Of a DNA stretch of 64,000 nucleotides, positions 1 to 10,181 are shown in pieces. The notes under the pieces are model-generated. The model was not told the DNA's origin. It worked only from the letters and a program-made list of their open reading frames with translations, and did no database searches. How positions within the stretch are numbered: position 1 is the first letter of the stretch; each line of letters starts with the position of its first letter. A program made the translations under genes and the position numbers. Source of the DNA: Actinomycetota bacterium (GTDB taxonomy: Bacteria > Actinomycetota > Actinomycetes > Actinomycetales > Microbacteriaceae); assembly GCA_046049845.1 (NCBI GenBank), contig JBJOQP010000001.1, positions 27,824 through 91,823 of the forward strand, in the 5' to 3' direction.

Positions 1-867
1 ACCCTTACCAACATCTCCGTAACCAGCGATGAAGACAGTCTTTCCACCGATAAGGATGTCTGTTGCACGGTTTAGACCATCTGGTAGTGAGTGACGGATT
101 CCATACTTGTTATCAAACTTAGATTTGGTTACAGAGTCGTTCACGTTGATACCTGGGAATAGCAATGTTCCACGCTTGAACATTTCGTATAGACGCTTGA
201 CACCTGTGGTTGTCTCTTCAGTAACACCATAGATATCTGCAGCAACTCTAGTGAAGCGATCCTTCTGTAATTTCAACTGCTCAGTTAGCAGGTTAAGAAT
301 TACACGATACTCTTCGCTGTCTTCAAGACCTGCTGGTGGAACTGATCCAGCTAATTCAAATTCGCGACCCTTGTGAACTAGAAGAGTTGCATCTCCACCG
401 TCATCCAAGATCATGTTTGGACCGATGTAGTCTGCACCTTCAGCAATAGCTTCTTGGGTCCAGTCGAAGATGCGCTCAGTAGCCCACCAGTACTCTTCTA
501 GTGATTCACCCTTCCAAGCAAAAACTGGAACACCCTGAGGCAAAGCAACTGTTCCGTGAGGACCAACAACAGCAGCAGCAGCTGCTTCATCTTGAGTTGA
601 GAAAATGTTGCATGAAGCCCAACGGACCTTAGCTCCAAGAGCTACCAAAGTTTCAATCAGAACAGCTGTCTGAATAGTCATGTGCAAAGAACCTGCGATA
701 CGAGCACCACGAAGTGGCTGGTGAGGACCAAACTGCTCACGCATAGCCATGAGTCCAGGCATCTCGTTTTCAGCTAGGCGGATTAGGTGTCTTCCATAAT
801 CTGCTAGTGAAAGGTCTGCAACCTTGTGCTCAATCCGGGTGTCTGTCTTGCCATTCATGTAAGTCAT
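1..867 (-). CDS. ahcY: Adenosylhomocysteinase, 5' part (runs off the window start)
   Basis: Manual minus-strand translation: HKVADLSLA...EMPGLM...[15 protein letters not shown]...SCNIFSTQD...[10 protein letters not shown]...[16 protein letters not shown]. Absent from the ORF track because it is truncated. Start at 867 or 858. Confidence 0.95.
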   Translation of the reverse strand, partial: MTYMNGKTDTRIEHKVADLSLADYGRHLIRLAENEMPGLMAMREQFGPHQPLRGARIAGSLHMTIQTAVLIETLVALGAKVRWASCNIFSTQDEAAAAAVVGPHGTVALPQGVPVFAWKGESLEEYWWATERIFDWTQEAIAEGADYIGPNMILDDGGDATLLVHKGREFELAGSVPPAGLEDSEEYRVILNLLTEQLKLQKDRFTRVAADIYGVTEETTTGVKRLYEMFKRGTLLFPGINVNDSVTKSKFDNKYGIRHSLPDGLNRATDILIGGKTVFIAGYGDVGKG

Positions 868-912
868 GGACTCTATTATCGCCCTAAATAGACCCCAAAA
901 GAAACCAAATCG

Positions 913-2322
913 TTACCTACGAATGAGGCCTAAGACTTCATCTCTGATGGCCTCCATGGTCGCTTCAGCCTTGGCTTCAACGTTCAGACGAAGCAAAGGC
1001 TCGGTGTTGGAAGCCCTCACATTGAACCACCACCAGTGACCTTGCTCATCTGTTCCTGAGACTGTGACGCCATCTAGGTGGTCAAAAGTAGCTCGGCTGG
1101 CAAAGGCTTCTTCAACTCTGCCCCTCGCTGCTGGGACATCGGTAACAGTTGAGTTGATCTCGCCAGATAAGAAGTAAGGGTTGTATTGCTTAGAGATAGC
1201 ACTGAGGGTTTCCGGCTGAGAACCGAACTCGGCTAGAACATGCATCGCTGCCAACATTCCGTTGTCAGCTCCCCAGAAGCTCTTGAAGTAGTAGTGAGCA
1301 GAGTGCTCTCCTCCGAAGGCAGCGTTAGTTGCAGCCATGCGATCCTTGATTAGAGAGTGTCCAACCTTGGTTCGCTCTCCCTTTGCTCCCTCTGACTCAA
1401 TAACTTCAGCGACAATCTTTGAAGTGATGAGGTTATACAAAATAGTGATGTCAGCATTTGGATCAAGTGCTCTTGCTCTGGCAATTTCTCGCTTAGCAAC
1501 CATCGCAGCAACAGCACTTGGAGTGACCGGATTACCATTCTCATCAATTACGAAACAACGGTCTGCGTCACCATCAAACGCAAGACCTAGGTCCGCTTTG
1601 TGCTCAACGACAGCCTTCTGCAAATCAACCAGGTTCTTAGGTTCAAGTGGGTTGGCTTCGTGGTTTGGGAAAGTACCGTCTAGTTCAAAGTACATGTCGA
1701 CAATCTCGATAGGTAGCTCGGCTAGACCTGCTGCCTCACCCAACACAGCAGGAACTGTGAGCCCACCCATACCATTTGCTGCATCAACAACAACCTTCAT
1801 TGGCTTCACATTAGAAAGATCAACCAAGGTTCTTAGATAAGCCGCGTACTCAACCAAAACATCTTTTTTGATGTAGGTACCTGGGGTAGAGACTTCTTCA
1901 ATACCTTCAGCTAGAAATACTTTTGCTCTATCTCTAATTCCTGCAAGTCCAGTGTCTAGAGAAATACCTCGAGCACCTGCTCTTGAGAATTTGATTCCGT
2001 TGTAGCTTGCTGGGTTATGGCTGGCTGTGAACATAGCAGCAGCAAGATCCATCTGACCCGAAGCAAAATAAGACTCGTCAGTTGAACAAAGCCCAATAGA
2101 AATTACATTCGCACCTCGAGCTCTTGCTCCTCTGGAGAAAGCTTGCTCGAATAGCGGAGAAGAGTCGCGCATGTCATGTCCAACAACAACTGACTTACCG
2201 GCAAGTTCTAGTTCATCAACAAAGCCTGCGGCTAGCGCTTCGACTACGTCTTCGGTTAGATCAATGTTTACTAAGCCACGCACGTCGTAGGTTTTGACCA
2301 TTGCGTCCCAATTGACTGTCAT
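913..2322 (-). CDS. manB: Phosphomannomutase/phosphoglucomutase
   Basis: YDVRG, FTASHNP (phosphoserine), FDGDADR (metal), GGEHSAH, RASNTEP motifs. Confidence 0.9.
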   Translation of the reverse strand: MTVNWDAMVKTYDVRGLVNIDLTEDVVEALAAGFVDELELAGKSVVVGHDMRDSSPLFEQAFSRGARARGANVISIGLCSTDESYFASGQMDLAAAMFTASHNPASYNGIKFSRAGARGISLDTGLAGIRDRAKVFLAEGIEEVSTPGTYIKKDVLVEYAAYLRTLVDLSNVKPMKVVVDAANGMGGLTVPAVLGEAAGLAELPIEIVDMYFELDGTFPNHEANPLEPKNLVDLQKAVVEHKADLGLAFDGDADRCFVIDENGNPVTPSAVAAMVAKREIARARALDPNADITILYNLITSKIVAEVIESEGAKGERTKVGHSLIKDRMAATNAAFGGEHSAHYYFKSFWGADNGMLAAMHVLAEFGSQPETLSAISKQYNPYFLSGEINSTVTDVPAARGRVEEAFASRATFDHLDGVTVSGTDEQGHWWWFNVRASNTEPLLRLNVEAKAEATMEAIRDEVLGLIRR

Positions 2323-2365
2323 AAGAGGCCCTTCTGCTCAACAAACTAAAGAATACAATGTCCCC

Positions 2366-2773
2366 ATGAGCTTAAGACCTAGAGCGAGAGACCGCCACGG
2401 CCGTGGCATACGCCACTCACTCTCTGGAGCCCAATACAAAACAGGCGGCTCAGGGCTTGATTCTTTCGCCTCAATAGTCAGCACAACCTGTGAATACCTA
2501 AGAGAACGCTGGCCTGAAGAGCTCGGTGATCTCCACTATCGAATTCAAGATGCCCCTGTTCTTGGGGAAAACTCAACTTTTGTGAAGCGCTGGTCAGTAA
2601 GACCTGAATCCAAGACAATAATCATTTATAGGCTGCCAATCCTCAGATTGAATCAAGGTCAGAGCAATAACCCGACTGAGGAACGTGTTCGCATTGAACA
2701 CCATGTGTTTGAAGCTGCAGCTGAACTAATTGGCAAAGAGCCTTGGGAACTTATCTTTGGTGATGGCGAATAG
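2366..2773 (+). CDS. Zincin-like/DUF1025-type conserved actinobacterial protein
   Basis: RDRHGRG N-terminus and IIIYRLPI motif; usual neighbour of manB. Start moved to ATG 2366, which follows TACAAT-N6. Confidence 0.7.
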   Translation: MSLRPRARDRHGRGIRHSLSGAQYKTGGSGLDSFASIVSTTCEYLRERWPEELGDLHYRIQDAPVLGENSTFVKRWSVRPESKTIIIYRLPILRLNQGQSNNPTEERVRIEHHVFEAAAELIGKEPWELIFGDGE

Positions 2774-4225
2774 TTAGTGAACGCTAACTTTCACCTGTCC
2801 AGAGATGTTCTTGTCATCAAGAACTGGTAAGGCACCGATACGACCATCAACGTCAATAACTAGATTTGCAAACACTTCCTGATCACTTGGAATTACTCCC
2901 ATTGAAAGACCAGGCGTTGCTCTAATAACTTCAGTGGAAGAAGCACCGATAGTTCGCTTGATAGTTTCCCCGCCAATCTTGATAGAGATGTTGGTTGGCT
3001 TATCACTCGGGTTGGTAACCGATAGTTTGCTAATCCCTGCTTTAGGAACAGCGATGTATCGAGGTGTCGTGAATCCTTCGGCTGGGTTTATCCATGAGAA
3101 ATCTGTGTAGGCATCTGCCCCAGTCTTACTTCTAACAAGACGAACACTCGAATGAACTGGAACATCTGAATCTAGAATTCCGAAGTAGTCGCCATCAGCT
3201 AAACCTGAAATTGGGAAGTCTGTTACCTTTCCTGCAATTGCTGTCACAGACAGAACTGTTCCAAATGTTTCTGAAGTAGTTCCTAAAACTTGGAAAGTGA
3301 TTGTTGCATCTTTGCTGCCAGGCACAAATACTCTCAGGGCTTGTTCAACATCTGAGTACTTATCGGAAGCGGACTTGAACTTAGCGCTGTATTTAGCACC
3401 TCTAATAAGAAGACCTGGAATCACTGCTTTAGTACTTGCCTGAGGAGCAGGTGAAACATAATCTGCTCCAGAAGCACTGTTGCCTCGAATAACTTTCTGC
3501 TGAATAAAGGCAGTAATCGAACCACCTCTACTTACTACGTGAACAGCCAATGACTCAGCCCGAAGAACAAAGGATGAAATAGGTAGGACTGTTGTTTTTC
3601 CAGCACGCACGGCGATTCCGGTTAGACCAGCACTCAGAGAGGTTCCGTTCTCTGTGAAGATCTCTAGGTCAATAGTTGAATCAATGCTGGTTGGGTTTGA
3701 AAGAACCAGAAGTGCTTCTCTACCAACTGCTGTGGAACCACCAACCAACCAGAACTCACTTTGCGGTCTAAGGCAAGGAGCAGCCAGCAAACCCTTTATT
3801 GTCTTCTGGGAAGCAAGCTGAATTTGGTTTGCTGATAAGAGTTCAGAACCTTGAGGGGTCTTCCCTGTTTCATCTAGAACTACGAATGAGGATTCATCAC
3901 TGATTCTCTTGAACAGGTCTTGCCTCACTCCAAACCCAGTTACAGCCTTAGCTGAATAGCCCTTGAGTGAAGTGTCAGTCTTTCCTGAATAGGTCAATGA
4001 AGAACTAGCGGTAGCAATTCTCTTGAAACTTGAAACCGAAGTCTGGTTCTTACCGCCAGGCACAAAGGTAGGACCAGCACAACTTACTTGTAAATCCTTG
4101 GCACTAACATCAAGCACCTGAGGAGTTACAACCGGTGTGCTTAGAAGTGCCATCGGTGTTCCATAAACAACGGCGGCAGTTGCCACACCAGCAACAAGTA
4201 GGAAGCGAATGACTCTAATAACCAT
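2774..4225 (-). CDS. DUF5719-type secreted/membrane-anchored protein
   Basis: N-terminal hydrophobic segment; C...WLVGGSTAVGR..LVLSNP motif; coupled downstream of the GT2 gene. Confidence 0.7.
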   Translation of the reverse strand: MVIRVIRFLLVAGVATAAVVYGTPMALLSTPVVTPQVLDVSAKDLQVSCAGPTFVPGGKNQTSVSSFKRIATASSSLTYSGKTDTSLKGYSAKAVTGFGVRQDLFKRISDESSFVVLDETGKTPQGSELLSANQIQLASQKTIKGLLAAPCLRPQSEFWLVGGSTAVGREALLVLSNPTSIDSTIDLEIFTENGTSLSAGLTGIAVRAGKTTVLPISSFVLRAESLAVHVVSRGGSITAFIQQKVIRGNSASGADYVSPAPQASTKAVIPGLLIRGAKYSAKFKSASDKYSDVEQALRVFVPGSKDATITFQVLGTTSETFGTVLSVTAIAGKVTDFPISGLADGDYFGILDSDVPVHSSVRLVRSKTGADAYTDFSWINPAEGFTTPRYIAVPKAGISKLSVTNPSDKPTNISIKIGGETIKRTIGASSTEVIRATPGLSMGVIPSDQEVFANLVIDVDGRIGALPVLDDKNISGQVKVSVH

Positions 4226-7059
4226 TACTGCTCCTCCTCAACCTGAAAACTGTCTTCGTTGGCTGCTTCAATATCTGTCTTGGACTTTCGTCCTCGAGAT
4301 GTTGGCAGAGCAAGAAGAACATAACCGAAGAGTATGCCTAGCTGGACTGACTTAGTGATTGACCAATAGGTTTGGTTGTCTTTTACCTCAAATGTGTCGC
4401 TAGCTTTTACTCTCCATAGTTGACCGAATTCAGTCTTACCGACCTGGTCTAGTTCCACTACTGAGTTCAGGCTAACTGCAAGATCAGAGTTTCCTTCGGC
4501 TTCAGTAACCAACACATAGCCGATGCCTGCTTCTTTTAGAGCAGGGTTCAAATCTTTGCCATTGGCTGAAACAAGATTGGAAACAAGTTCAGAAATAGCG
4601 CTCTTGAGAGTATCGCTTGAAAGGTTGCTCACATTCTGTGAACTAAATCTGTAGGCAGTGGAAACTGAATCAAGCCTTAGCCCATTAGGTCTAATGATTT
4701 CTGCTCTGAATTCTTGATTCTCTGCCGCACCAATATTTGAAATCACCAAAAGACGCAGATCATTTCCGGCCTTGGCTTCAGCCTCAAAAATCGCTGGAAG
4801 ATTTCTGGTTTCTCCGAAAGAAACTTTGGCAGGTGTCAGTGTAGAGCTAACTGCCAACGGCACTAGCCCACCGACTACCGCTACAGAAACAAGAACTCTT
4901 CTCAATCCAACTCGAGTAAGCGAATCAAGCCAAATACCAATTGCAGCAATCACAGAAATCACTGTGAGCATCACTAATGGAGTTGGACTTGCAAACACTT
5001 GGCTAGATGAGGCGAGGAAGATTGATCCCGTTCCACCTCCTGTGAATGGGATGCCTTGAATGAACCAGAGGCTTGCCATGGACAAGAGAGCAATGAGCCA
5101 AAAACCAAACACACCCTTTGCTTTTGCCAAGAGAGCCAATAGTCCAAACGCAAGTAACCCAATTGCTGCCCAACCAATAATCTGGTCATTACCCATAAGA
5201 GCGTCAAGCAAATTCTTTTGCTTACTGGAATAAGAAATGGTTGGGTCAGCCAATATCGCTACAGGATTCTGGTTGATAAAGGCTTGGTGAACAACGTATG
5301 GAAAGACAAGTGCCGAGGCTGGCAAAACAATTACAGCTGTAATCGCAAATCTTCCTCTGGATAGAACTGCGTAAACAATCGCCAGAATCACAAGCATTGG
5401 CAAAGCACTCGGGGCACTTGCAGCAGCCACCGCAAACAGCAAAGCACTAGCTGCAATCCAAGACCAAGTCTGGGCATTTGATCTAACTGAACTAGCAATA
5501 CCAAATCGCCCTGCTCTAGCTAAAGAGAAAAGTAGCCAAGGCAATGTGATGGCGAATATCACTGCTGGGAAGTTGCCTTCTGATTGGGCAATGGTCATAG
5601 CCGGCCAGAAGGCATAAATGAGAGCTAGTGGAATCTTGAGGGTGTTTCGAAGAGTAATTGTTGAGAGCAATCTCCATGCTCCAAAGTAAGCAAGAGGCAT
5701 GGCCACAAAAAGGACGGCTGACGTAGCCAGATTCGGAGCAAAGAAAGTCAAGGAACCGATAAACAGCAAGACCCACGTGAAGGGATCGCTTGGAGCTGCT
5801 AGTCCAAGACCAACGTATTGATAACTAGCACCGGTGTTAGCAAATAGCTGCAACCAACTATCGCTAAGCGGAAGTGAGAATCCACCCTTGACGGCTCTTT
5901 CCAAAGGTAAGTATTGGAATGAGGCAAGTAAGAGTCCAAGCATTACCCATAGCCCGCCGCTGGCTACGAAGCTTCTTTGAGCAGTGTTTGTTCTAGCTGT
6001 TGGGGCCTCTTGGAAATTAGCCAGGTTAGTTTTCTGCTCTTCTAATTCGAAAGCCAAACGACTTCGAGACTTAGCTTGAGCAGATGTAGCAAATAGCGGT
6101 CTAACTGATTTAAGCGAAGCCCGGTGTCGATCTCTTAGCCTTGCCCTGACTGTGAAGAAAGCCCAGAGATTTGCTCTGAGAGTAAAGAAGATTCGGTCTG
6201 GTCTTTTTACAAGCAACAGAGTTGCAACCTGGATCACAGATAGAACTGGAAGTGATAGCCAGTAAAGGAATGAGACAAAAAGTGGGAAGTGAGATAGGCG
6301 CAGATGATTAGTAGCTTTTGCAAGAGCAAACTTAACTGAACCGCCCAACCACTTCTTATCTCTCTTGCCATGAAGAGAAAGTTCAGCATGGCGAACTCTA
6401 GAAGTTGGAACCACGACAACTCGGAAACCAAGTTGATGTGTTCTGATACCTAAGTCAATATCCGCTGCAAGTTCAGGAGCCACTAGAGAGAAGCCACCTA
6501 GCTCAGCCCAAACATTGGCTCTAATTAACATTCCATTACTGGACACAGCCAAAACATCGCTCATCCAGTCGTGCTGCTTCTGATCAAGCTCATTGTTGAC
6601 TAGTGAGAAAGGTCTCATTGACTTGGTAACAGTCAATCCCTGTTGAACGATTAGCTTCTGGTTTTCATAACCAACTTGTTTAGGAGATGCAATCGCCACC
6701 AAAGGTGAAAGCTCTAATGCTCTAACTAGCTCAGCTAATGCATGAACTTCTGGAATTGAATCGTCGTGAATAAGCCAGATCGCAATTTCATCTAAGTTTT
6801 CCAAACCTTCAAGAGACTGCTTAATCGCAAGAGCAGAGAGTTCTGCGAATGTCGCTTTTTCTTGAATTGCAAGAACGGCATGTTTATTTGATTGAGCAAC
6901 AAACGCATCTAGAAGTTCAGTTGTTTCATTCGATTTAGAACTATCAACAATTAGAGTGCGTTCAATTCTGAAGCTCTGCTTTTCAAGAGCTTCTAAGTTC
7001 TTTTGTAAATAGCTCGGTTGTCCATTTGAAACGACAACCGCCACCACACGCATACTCAT
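4225..7059 (-). CDS. GT2-family glycosyltransferase fused to a large multi-TM domain
   Basis: VVAVVVS N-terminus, WLIHDDS (DXD-like), DIDLGIR, then many hydrophobic helices. Confidence 0.8.
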   Translation of the reverse strand: MSMRVVAVVVSNGQPSYLQKNLEALEKQSFRIERTLIVDSSKSNETTELLDAFVAQSNKHAVLAIQEKATFAELSALAIKQSLEGLENLDEIAIWLIHDDSIPEVHALAELVRALELSPLVAIASPKQVGYENQKLIVQQGLTVTKSMRPFSLVNNELDQKQHDWMSDVLAVSSNGMLIRANVWAELGGFSLVAPELAADIDLGIRTHQLGFRVVVVPTSRVRHAELSLHGKRDKKWLGGSVKFALAKATNHLRLSHFPLFVSFLYWLSLPVLSVIQVATLLLVKRPDRIFFTLRANLWAFFTVRARLRDRHRASLKSVRPLFATSAQAKSRSRLAFELEEQKTNLANFQEAPTARTNTAQRSFVASGGLWVMLGLLLASFQYLPLERAVKGGFSLPLSDSWLQLFANTGASYQYVGLGLAAPSDPFTWVLLFIGSLTFFAPNLATSAVLFVAMPLAYFGAWRLLSTITLRNTLKIPLALIYAFWPAMTIAQSEGNFPAVIFAITLPWLLFSLARAGRFGIASSVRSNAQTWSWIAASALLFAVAAASAPSALPMLVILAIVYAVLSRGRFAITAVIVLPASALVFPYVVHQAFINQNPVAILADPTISYSSKQKNLLDALMGNDQIIGWAAIGLLAFGLLALLAKAKGVFGFWLIALLSMASLWFIQGIPFTGGGTGSIFLASSSQVFASPTPLVMLTVISVIAAIGIWLDSLTRVGLRRVLVSVAVVGGLVPLAVSSTLTPAKVSFGETRNLPAIFEAEAKAGNDLRLLVISNIGAAENQEFRAEIIRPNGLRLDSVSTAYRFSSQNVSNLSSDTLKSAISELVSNLVSANGKDLNPALKEAGIGYVLVTEAEGNSDLAVSLNSVVELDQVGKTEFGQLWRVKASDTFEVKDNQTYWSITKSVQLGILFGYVLLALPTSRGRKSKTDIEAANEDSFQVEEEQ

Positions 7060-7078
7060 GCCGTGGCCAGTCCTTAGA

Positions 7079-7393
7079 CTAAGCGCGCTTCTTTAGCTTG
7101 CGACGTTCGCGCTCGCTCAGGCCGCCCCAGATACCAAATCTTTCGTCGTTAGCCAGTGCATAATCCAGGCACTGCTTCTGAACATCGCAACCAGAGCAAA
7201 TGCGCTTGGCATCTCTAGTTGAGCCACCCTTTTCAGGGAAGAAAGCTTCTGGGTCTGTCTGTGAACATAGAGCGTCGCGCTGCCAAGCTAAAGGATTGTG
7301 ATCTGCACTCAGATCTCCACCAAGCATTGAGCGGAGGAAAGGGTCCTTAAACCAGTCTTCAGGTACTTGGCCAAAGCTCTCGTTCATGGACAT
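7079..7393 (-). CDS. whiB: WhiB-family Fe-S transcription factor (WhiB/WhiB2 orthologue)
   Basis: WQRDALCSQTDPEAFFPEKGGSTRDAKRICSGC...C...GIWGGLSERERR; GAGAGGA RBS before ATG 7393. Confidence 0.95.
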   Translation of the reverse strand: MSMNESFGQVPEDWFKDPFLRSMLGGDLSADHNPLAWQRDALCSQTDPEAFFPEKGGSTRDAKRICSGCDVQKQCLDYALANDERFGIWGGLSERERRKLKKRA

Positions 7394-7437
7394 GTGGTTC
7401 CTCTCAAATCTCTCCAGCATGAAAACTGGATTTCACA

Positions 7438-7473
7438 GTTGTAATTACAACGCTGTAAGTATTGTGGTGTCAA
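7438..7473 (-). promoter_or_regulatory. whiB promoter: TTGACA (overlapping GACAC) -N18- TGTAAT, with a 14-bp palindrome over the -10 element
   Basis: Minus strand reads TTGACACCAC...TGTAAT; GTTGTAATTACAAC at 7438-7451 is a perfect palindrome. Confidence 0.6.
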
Positions 7474-7606
7474 CTTGAGAATAGGTCAAATCGAGAACCG
7501 TTATAAACCCTTTATCTTCGTATTTGCTTGATTTCTAGGGCTTTTGGCATACCCGAATGGAGATAAGAGAGGTGCCCTGTCGTCATAAGTACGAGGCCCT
7601 TCGGAG

Positions 7607-8767
7607 CTAGTTAGCACTAACCGCTATAAAGACAGTTCCAGTTCCTGTCAGGCTAAATGACCTAGCATCCCCTGCCATAAACACAGCTTCCCCGCTATTG
7701 ATTACTTCACGTTCCTCTTGGCTGTTGCTGACTGCAACCGAGCCTTGGGTGCAAAGAACAATGGCATCTCCAGGCAAGTTCAGATCAGCAAGCAGATTAC
7801 TCGAACCAACGCTTGCTCTATAGAAATCAAATTCAGGCGTCGGTAATTCAAACTTCTCAAACCCAACAGCTAGGTTATGAGTCTTAACAAGAGAGGGTTC
7901 TGTGCTCTCAAACACCAAAACTTTCGATAGTTCATCGACATCAATGTGCTTTGGAGTTAGCCCGCCACGCAAAACATTGTCACTGGCAAGCATGACCTCA
8001 ACACCTAAACCTGAAAGGTATGCATGTGGCATACCAGCAGGAACAAATACACCTTCACCTCTTTTTAGAATCATGTGATTCATAAGGAGCGCTGAAGCAA
8101 TGCCCCTGTCCTTGCCATGGTGCTCTGCAAGGTGAACAACTAGGTCAACTAGTGAAGGGCACTGTTCAGCTGCATCAATCAGATCTGAGATAAATGCTTC
8201 ATCGCAATCAGGAGATGTGAGGGTACTCATGAAAACTTTTCGTATTCCATCTGATTCTTCAAGCCAAAGTAGCCACTGGTTCAAGACTGTGCTGAGACTA
8301 GGGCTACTACTAGCTTCCAAAAGCTCGGAGAACTTCTCCTTAATCAGAGCAGTATCGCTAAAGCCAACCAGTGCATCAAATCGTTCGGTTAGAGCCACAA
8401 TAAGTTCAGGCTTGGCCTTGTCATCTTTATAGTTCCGGCTGCTCGCATCAAGTGCAATGCCTAGAGAGTTCTCTCTTTTGAATCCCTCAATTGCTTGCTC
8501 AGGGTTTGGATGAGCCTGAATAGATAGTGGGGCTTCAGCAGCCAAAATCTTGAGAAGAAAAGGAAGTCTTGACGCTCCACCTCTAGCTTCAAGAAGTTTC
8601 AAGAGAGAAGTGTTCTCCCCTACTACTTCTGTTGGAGATCCGTCGTGTGTGCCAAACCAAATCTCTGCCATCGGTTTACCTGTTGCAGGTATGCCAAAGT
8701 AATCGCTGATGAGGGTTTTTGAACCCCACGCGTAGTCCAGGGCCTGATTAGTTATTTTGACTAGCAC
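7607..8767 (-). CDS. manA: Mannose-6-phosphate isomerase, class I
   Basis: YAWGS, AEIWFGTH, LPFLLKIL, PLSIQAHP, HAYLSG, SDNVLRGGLTPKHID. Confidence 0.95.
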   Translation of the reverse strand: MLVKITNQALDYAWGSKTLISDYFGIPATGKPMAEIWFGTHDGSPTEVVGENTSLLKLLEARGGASRLPFLLKILAAEAPLSIQAHPNPEQAIEGFKRENSLGIALDASSRNYKDDKAKPELIVALTERFDALVGFSDTALIKEKFSELLEASSSPSLSTVLNQWLLWLEESDGIRKVFMSTLTSPDCDEAFISDLIDAAEQCPSLVDLVVHLAEHHGKDRGIASALLMNHMILKRGEGVFVPAGMPHAYLSGLGVEVMLASDNVLRGGLTPKHIDVDELSKVLVFESTEPSLVKTHNLAVGFEKFELPTPEFDFYRASVGSSNLLADLNLPGDAIVLCTQGSVAVSNSQEEREVINSGEAVFMAGDARSFSLTGTGTVFIAVSAN

Positions 8768-8834
8768 CTCATAAGCCTAGCCAAACCGCCTTTCAGCAAC
8801 GGCTTTGCCACCCATAGACTTGTGGGCAGGGATT

Positions 8835-10181
8835 ATGGAAAAGCAAAAGAAACTCAAAATGAAGAAACCGAGCAAGCTTGCTCGCGCCTTGGCCTACCTG
8901 TCCCTGATTGTTCTGATTTCAGGTGATTCCCTATTTGGTGAGGATTACATCAGAGCAAATCCTGTTTGGATTTTGTGGCTGACTGGAGCAATAACCACTG
9001 TCGTGGGCTCAATTTACTTTCTAGCTAAGGCAGATTGGAAAAGAGTAGTCAGGCAGATGCCTATTGAACTAACACTTCTCTTAGTTCTTATGATCGGTAG
9101 CTCAACTTGGTCTGCCTATCCTATGCAGACGCTGAGTGGATTTACTATCCAAATCGGGGTAACCCTAGTCGCATTATTCTTTGCAGCAACTTTTACTTGG
9201 CGACAGATTCTGATTATCTTTGCCAACACAATACGTGGCATTGTCTTTGGAATGCTGACCATCGGAGTTGTGTCAGCAATATTCCCAATAGCTAAATTGT
9301 CAATCGAACAAAGCTCTGTGTTGCTAGATTTCGGATTACTCCGACTAATGCTTGGAAATCCAAACCTTATTAGCAACAACTTTGTTGCAGCCCTTGCTCT
9401 AATCGGTGTGATTACTTTTGCTATTGAAGCAGCCATCAAGAAAAAGACTCGGGTGCTTTCTCTAGTGAGCCTTGTTGCATCAATTGCATTGATCTTCGTT
9501 GCTAAGTCTGCAGGAATGGTATTTGCTTCGATTGCTGTTCTATTGGCAGCAATGGTTTCTTTGGCAGCCGAAGGAAAAGACAAGGCTACTCGTCACCGCT
9601 ACTACCGAATCGCTTGGTCGATAGCTGGAGTTGGGGTATTCCTTGTGCTTGCTTTTAGAAAGCAAGTATTTGAGTTCCTTGGCAAATCTCCGGATATGAC
9701 TCATCGAACTGACATCTGGCAAAGCGTTGCCGATCTGATCGAGCTAAGACCTTTAGAGGGTTGGGGTTTCACCGGTGTGTGGGTTCCTGGTGTTAGCCCT
9801 TATGAGGGGCTGGTCATCATTAATGGTGAAAAGTATTACCAGGCTCACAACGCATACCTAGACATGTGGCTGCAGCTAGGAGCTGTCGGACTAATTCTTT
9901 TTGTAATTCTTCTGACCAGAGTATTTGTAAAGACTTGGCGTCTAGGTGTACACCACAGCAATGCTCTATACCTATGGCCACTATTGCTTCTGGTCACTCA
10001 GTTGGTAAGAGGAATTACTGAATCAAGGTTGCTAATTCAATCGGCGATGATGATGTTGATTCTTTTCGCAGTCAAGTCTCATGATCCTGAGGAACTTCTA
10101 GAAGAGAACTTCAAGAAAACTAAGCGCAAGCAGCTAGAGCAAATCAGCAAGAGGCCGATTACTCGACTTATCAGGCGCTAG
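8835..10181 (+). CDS. O-antigen ligase/polymerase (Wzy_C) family membrane protein
   Basis: Multi-TM protein; RTDIW...RPLEGWG...AHNAYLDMWLQLG. Confidence 0.8.
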   Translation: MEKQKKLKMKKPSKLARALAYLSLIVLISGDSLFGEDYIRANPVWILWLTGAITTVVGSIYFLAKADWKRVVRQMPIELTLLLVLMIGSSTWSAYPMQTLSGFTIQIGVTLVALFFAATFTWRQILIIFANTIRGIVFGMLTIGVVSAIFPIAKLSIEQSSVLLDFGLLRLMLGNPNLISNNFVAALALIGVITFAIEAAIKKKTRVLSLVSLVASIALIFVAKSAGMVFASIAVLLAAMVSLAAEGKDKATRHRYYRIAWSIAGVGVFLVLAFRKQVFEFLGKSPDMTHRTDIWQSVADLIELRPLEGWGFTGVWVPGVSPYEGLVIINGEKYYQAHNAYLDMWLQLGAVGLILFVILLTRVFVKTWRLGVHHSNALYLWPLLLLVTQLVRGITESRLLIQSAMMMLILFAVKSHDPEELLEENFKKTKRKQLEQISKRPITRLIRR

